Source: Escherichia coli
Lineage (GTDB): Bacteria > Pseudomonadota > Gammaproteobacteria > Enterobacterales > Enterobacteriaceae
Assembly (NCBI RefSeq): GCF_003334335.1
Contig: NZ_QOWQ01000223.1
DNA length: 300 bases
Reading direction: 5' to 3' (one strand)
In this document: positions 1 to 300 of the stretch, one piece after another
How the letters are laid out: every line of letters starts with the position of its first letter
Position numbering within the stretch: position 1 is the first letter of the stretch
Made by a program: the position numbers and the translations under genes
Notes under the pieces: model-generated
Told to the model about the DNA's origin: nothing
The model's input: the letters and a program-made list of their open reading frames with translations, nothing else
The model's database searches: none

Positions 1-300
1 GACGAACGCATTCTGTCTGGCGTCACCGCCACTGGCACGCATCTGCCTTCACGGGGATTTACAACGATTTGGCCGCCACCTCAGCCTGTATGTGAACACG
101 GCAGCGGAAGCCATCCGCGCCCTGTCGATGCAGGTGCCGGGCTTTCGCCGTCAGATGAACGAAGGCTGGTACCAGATACGTATTGCCGGTGAGGACACGG
201 CACCGGAGGCGGTGTATGCCCGCCTTCACGAACAGCTGGGTGAGGGAACGGTCATCCACATTGTGCCGCGACTGGCCGGTGCCGGAAAGGGCGGACTGCA
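1..300 (+). CDS. I: Phage tail (tip) assembly protein I, lambda gpI family; internal fragment, partial at both ends. Reading frame runs nt 2..298 (99 complete codons).
   Basis: Seen in sequence: frame 2 on the + strand is open across the whole window with no stop codon. Its translation aligns, by recall, with the start of lambda gpI (MAATHTLPLASPGMARICLYGDLQRFGRRIDLRVKTGAEAIRAL...WYQVRIAG...AVIHIVPRVAGAKSGG). Shared blocks include ARICL-GDLQRFGR, AEAIRAL, GWYQ-RIAG, IHIVPR-AGA and a K/S-GG motif. The alignment puts window codon 1 (Thr, nt 2-4) at about residue 4 of gpI, so the start codon should lie about 9 nt upstream of the window. No ATG/GTG/TTG occurs in frame before nt 128. The gene continues past nt 300. 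The lambda sequence is recalled, not searched, so the family call is not database-verified. Confidence 0.85.

Noticed and set aside
128-130. In-frame ATG (Met43, also Met52 at nt 155-157) as a possible internal start of the + strand CDS.
   Set aside because: The similarity to lambda gpI extends upstream of these codons to the window start, there is no Shine-Dalgarno-like purine run before either ATG, and the frame is open from nt 2. The true start is most likely upstream of the window.
1-192. Open + strand frame 1 (nt 1-192, stop TGA at 190-192), translating to DERILSGVTATGTHLPSRGF...
   Set aside because: It overlaps the gpI frame out of phase, and its Pro/Gly/Ser-rich translation is typical of an off-frame read of GC-rich coding sequence. 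The upstream K-like gene is expected to end near the gpI start codon, which lies upstream of this window, so this frame is unlikely to be the K terminus.
59-259. Minus-strand 66-aa ORF from the supplied track (MDDRSLTQLFVKAGIHRLRC...).
   Set aside because: It lies entirely antisense within the + strand gpI-like coding frame, which has a strong family match. The ORF is short, its product resembles nothing I recognise, and such antisense ORFs occur readily by chance in 62% GC coding DNA. No convincing ribosome-binding site is evident.
1-300. Recurrent short GC-rich motifs (CCGG, GCCGG, GGTG) that might suggest repeats or regulatory sites.
   Set aside because: They are short, irregularly spaced and expected by chance at this GC content. 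There are no direct repeats with regular spacers (no CRISPR), no inverted-repeat plus T-tract terminator, and no -35/-10-like AT-rich promoter region.

Overview
The whole 300-bp window appears to lie inside a single + strand coding region (frame starting at nt 2, no stop codon through nt 298), truncated at both ends. Its translation (TNAFCLASPPLARICLHGDLQRFGRHLSLYVNTAAEAIRALSMQVPGFRRQMNEGWYQIRIAGEDTAPEAVYARLHEQLGEGTVIHIVPRLAGAGKGGL) matches, from memory, the N-terminal region of bacteriophage lambda tail tip assembly protein I (gpI), so this is most likely the tail-tip module of a lambdoid siphovirus or prophage. GC content is about 62% by my manual count. The provided minus-strand ORF (59..259) sits antisense inside this gene and is most likely spurious. 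I see no RNA gene, CRISPR array, mobile-element terminus, promoter or terminator. I find no support for a novel system here: this looks like an ordinary, well-described phage structural gene, and the only points worth follow-up are the ubiquitin-like domain with its Gly-Gly motif and the prophage context.
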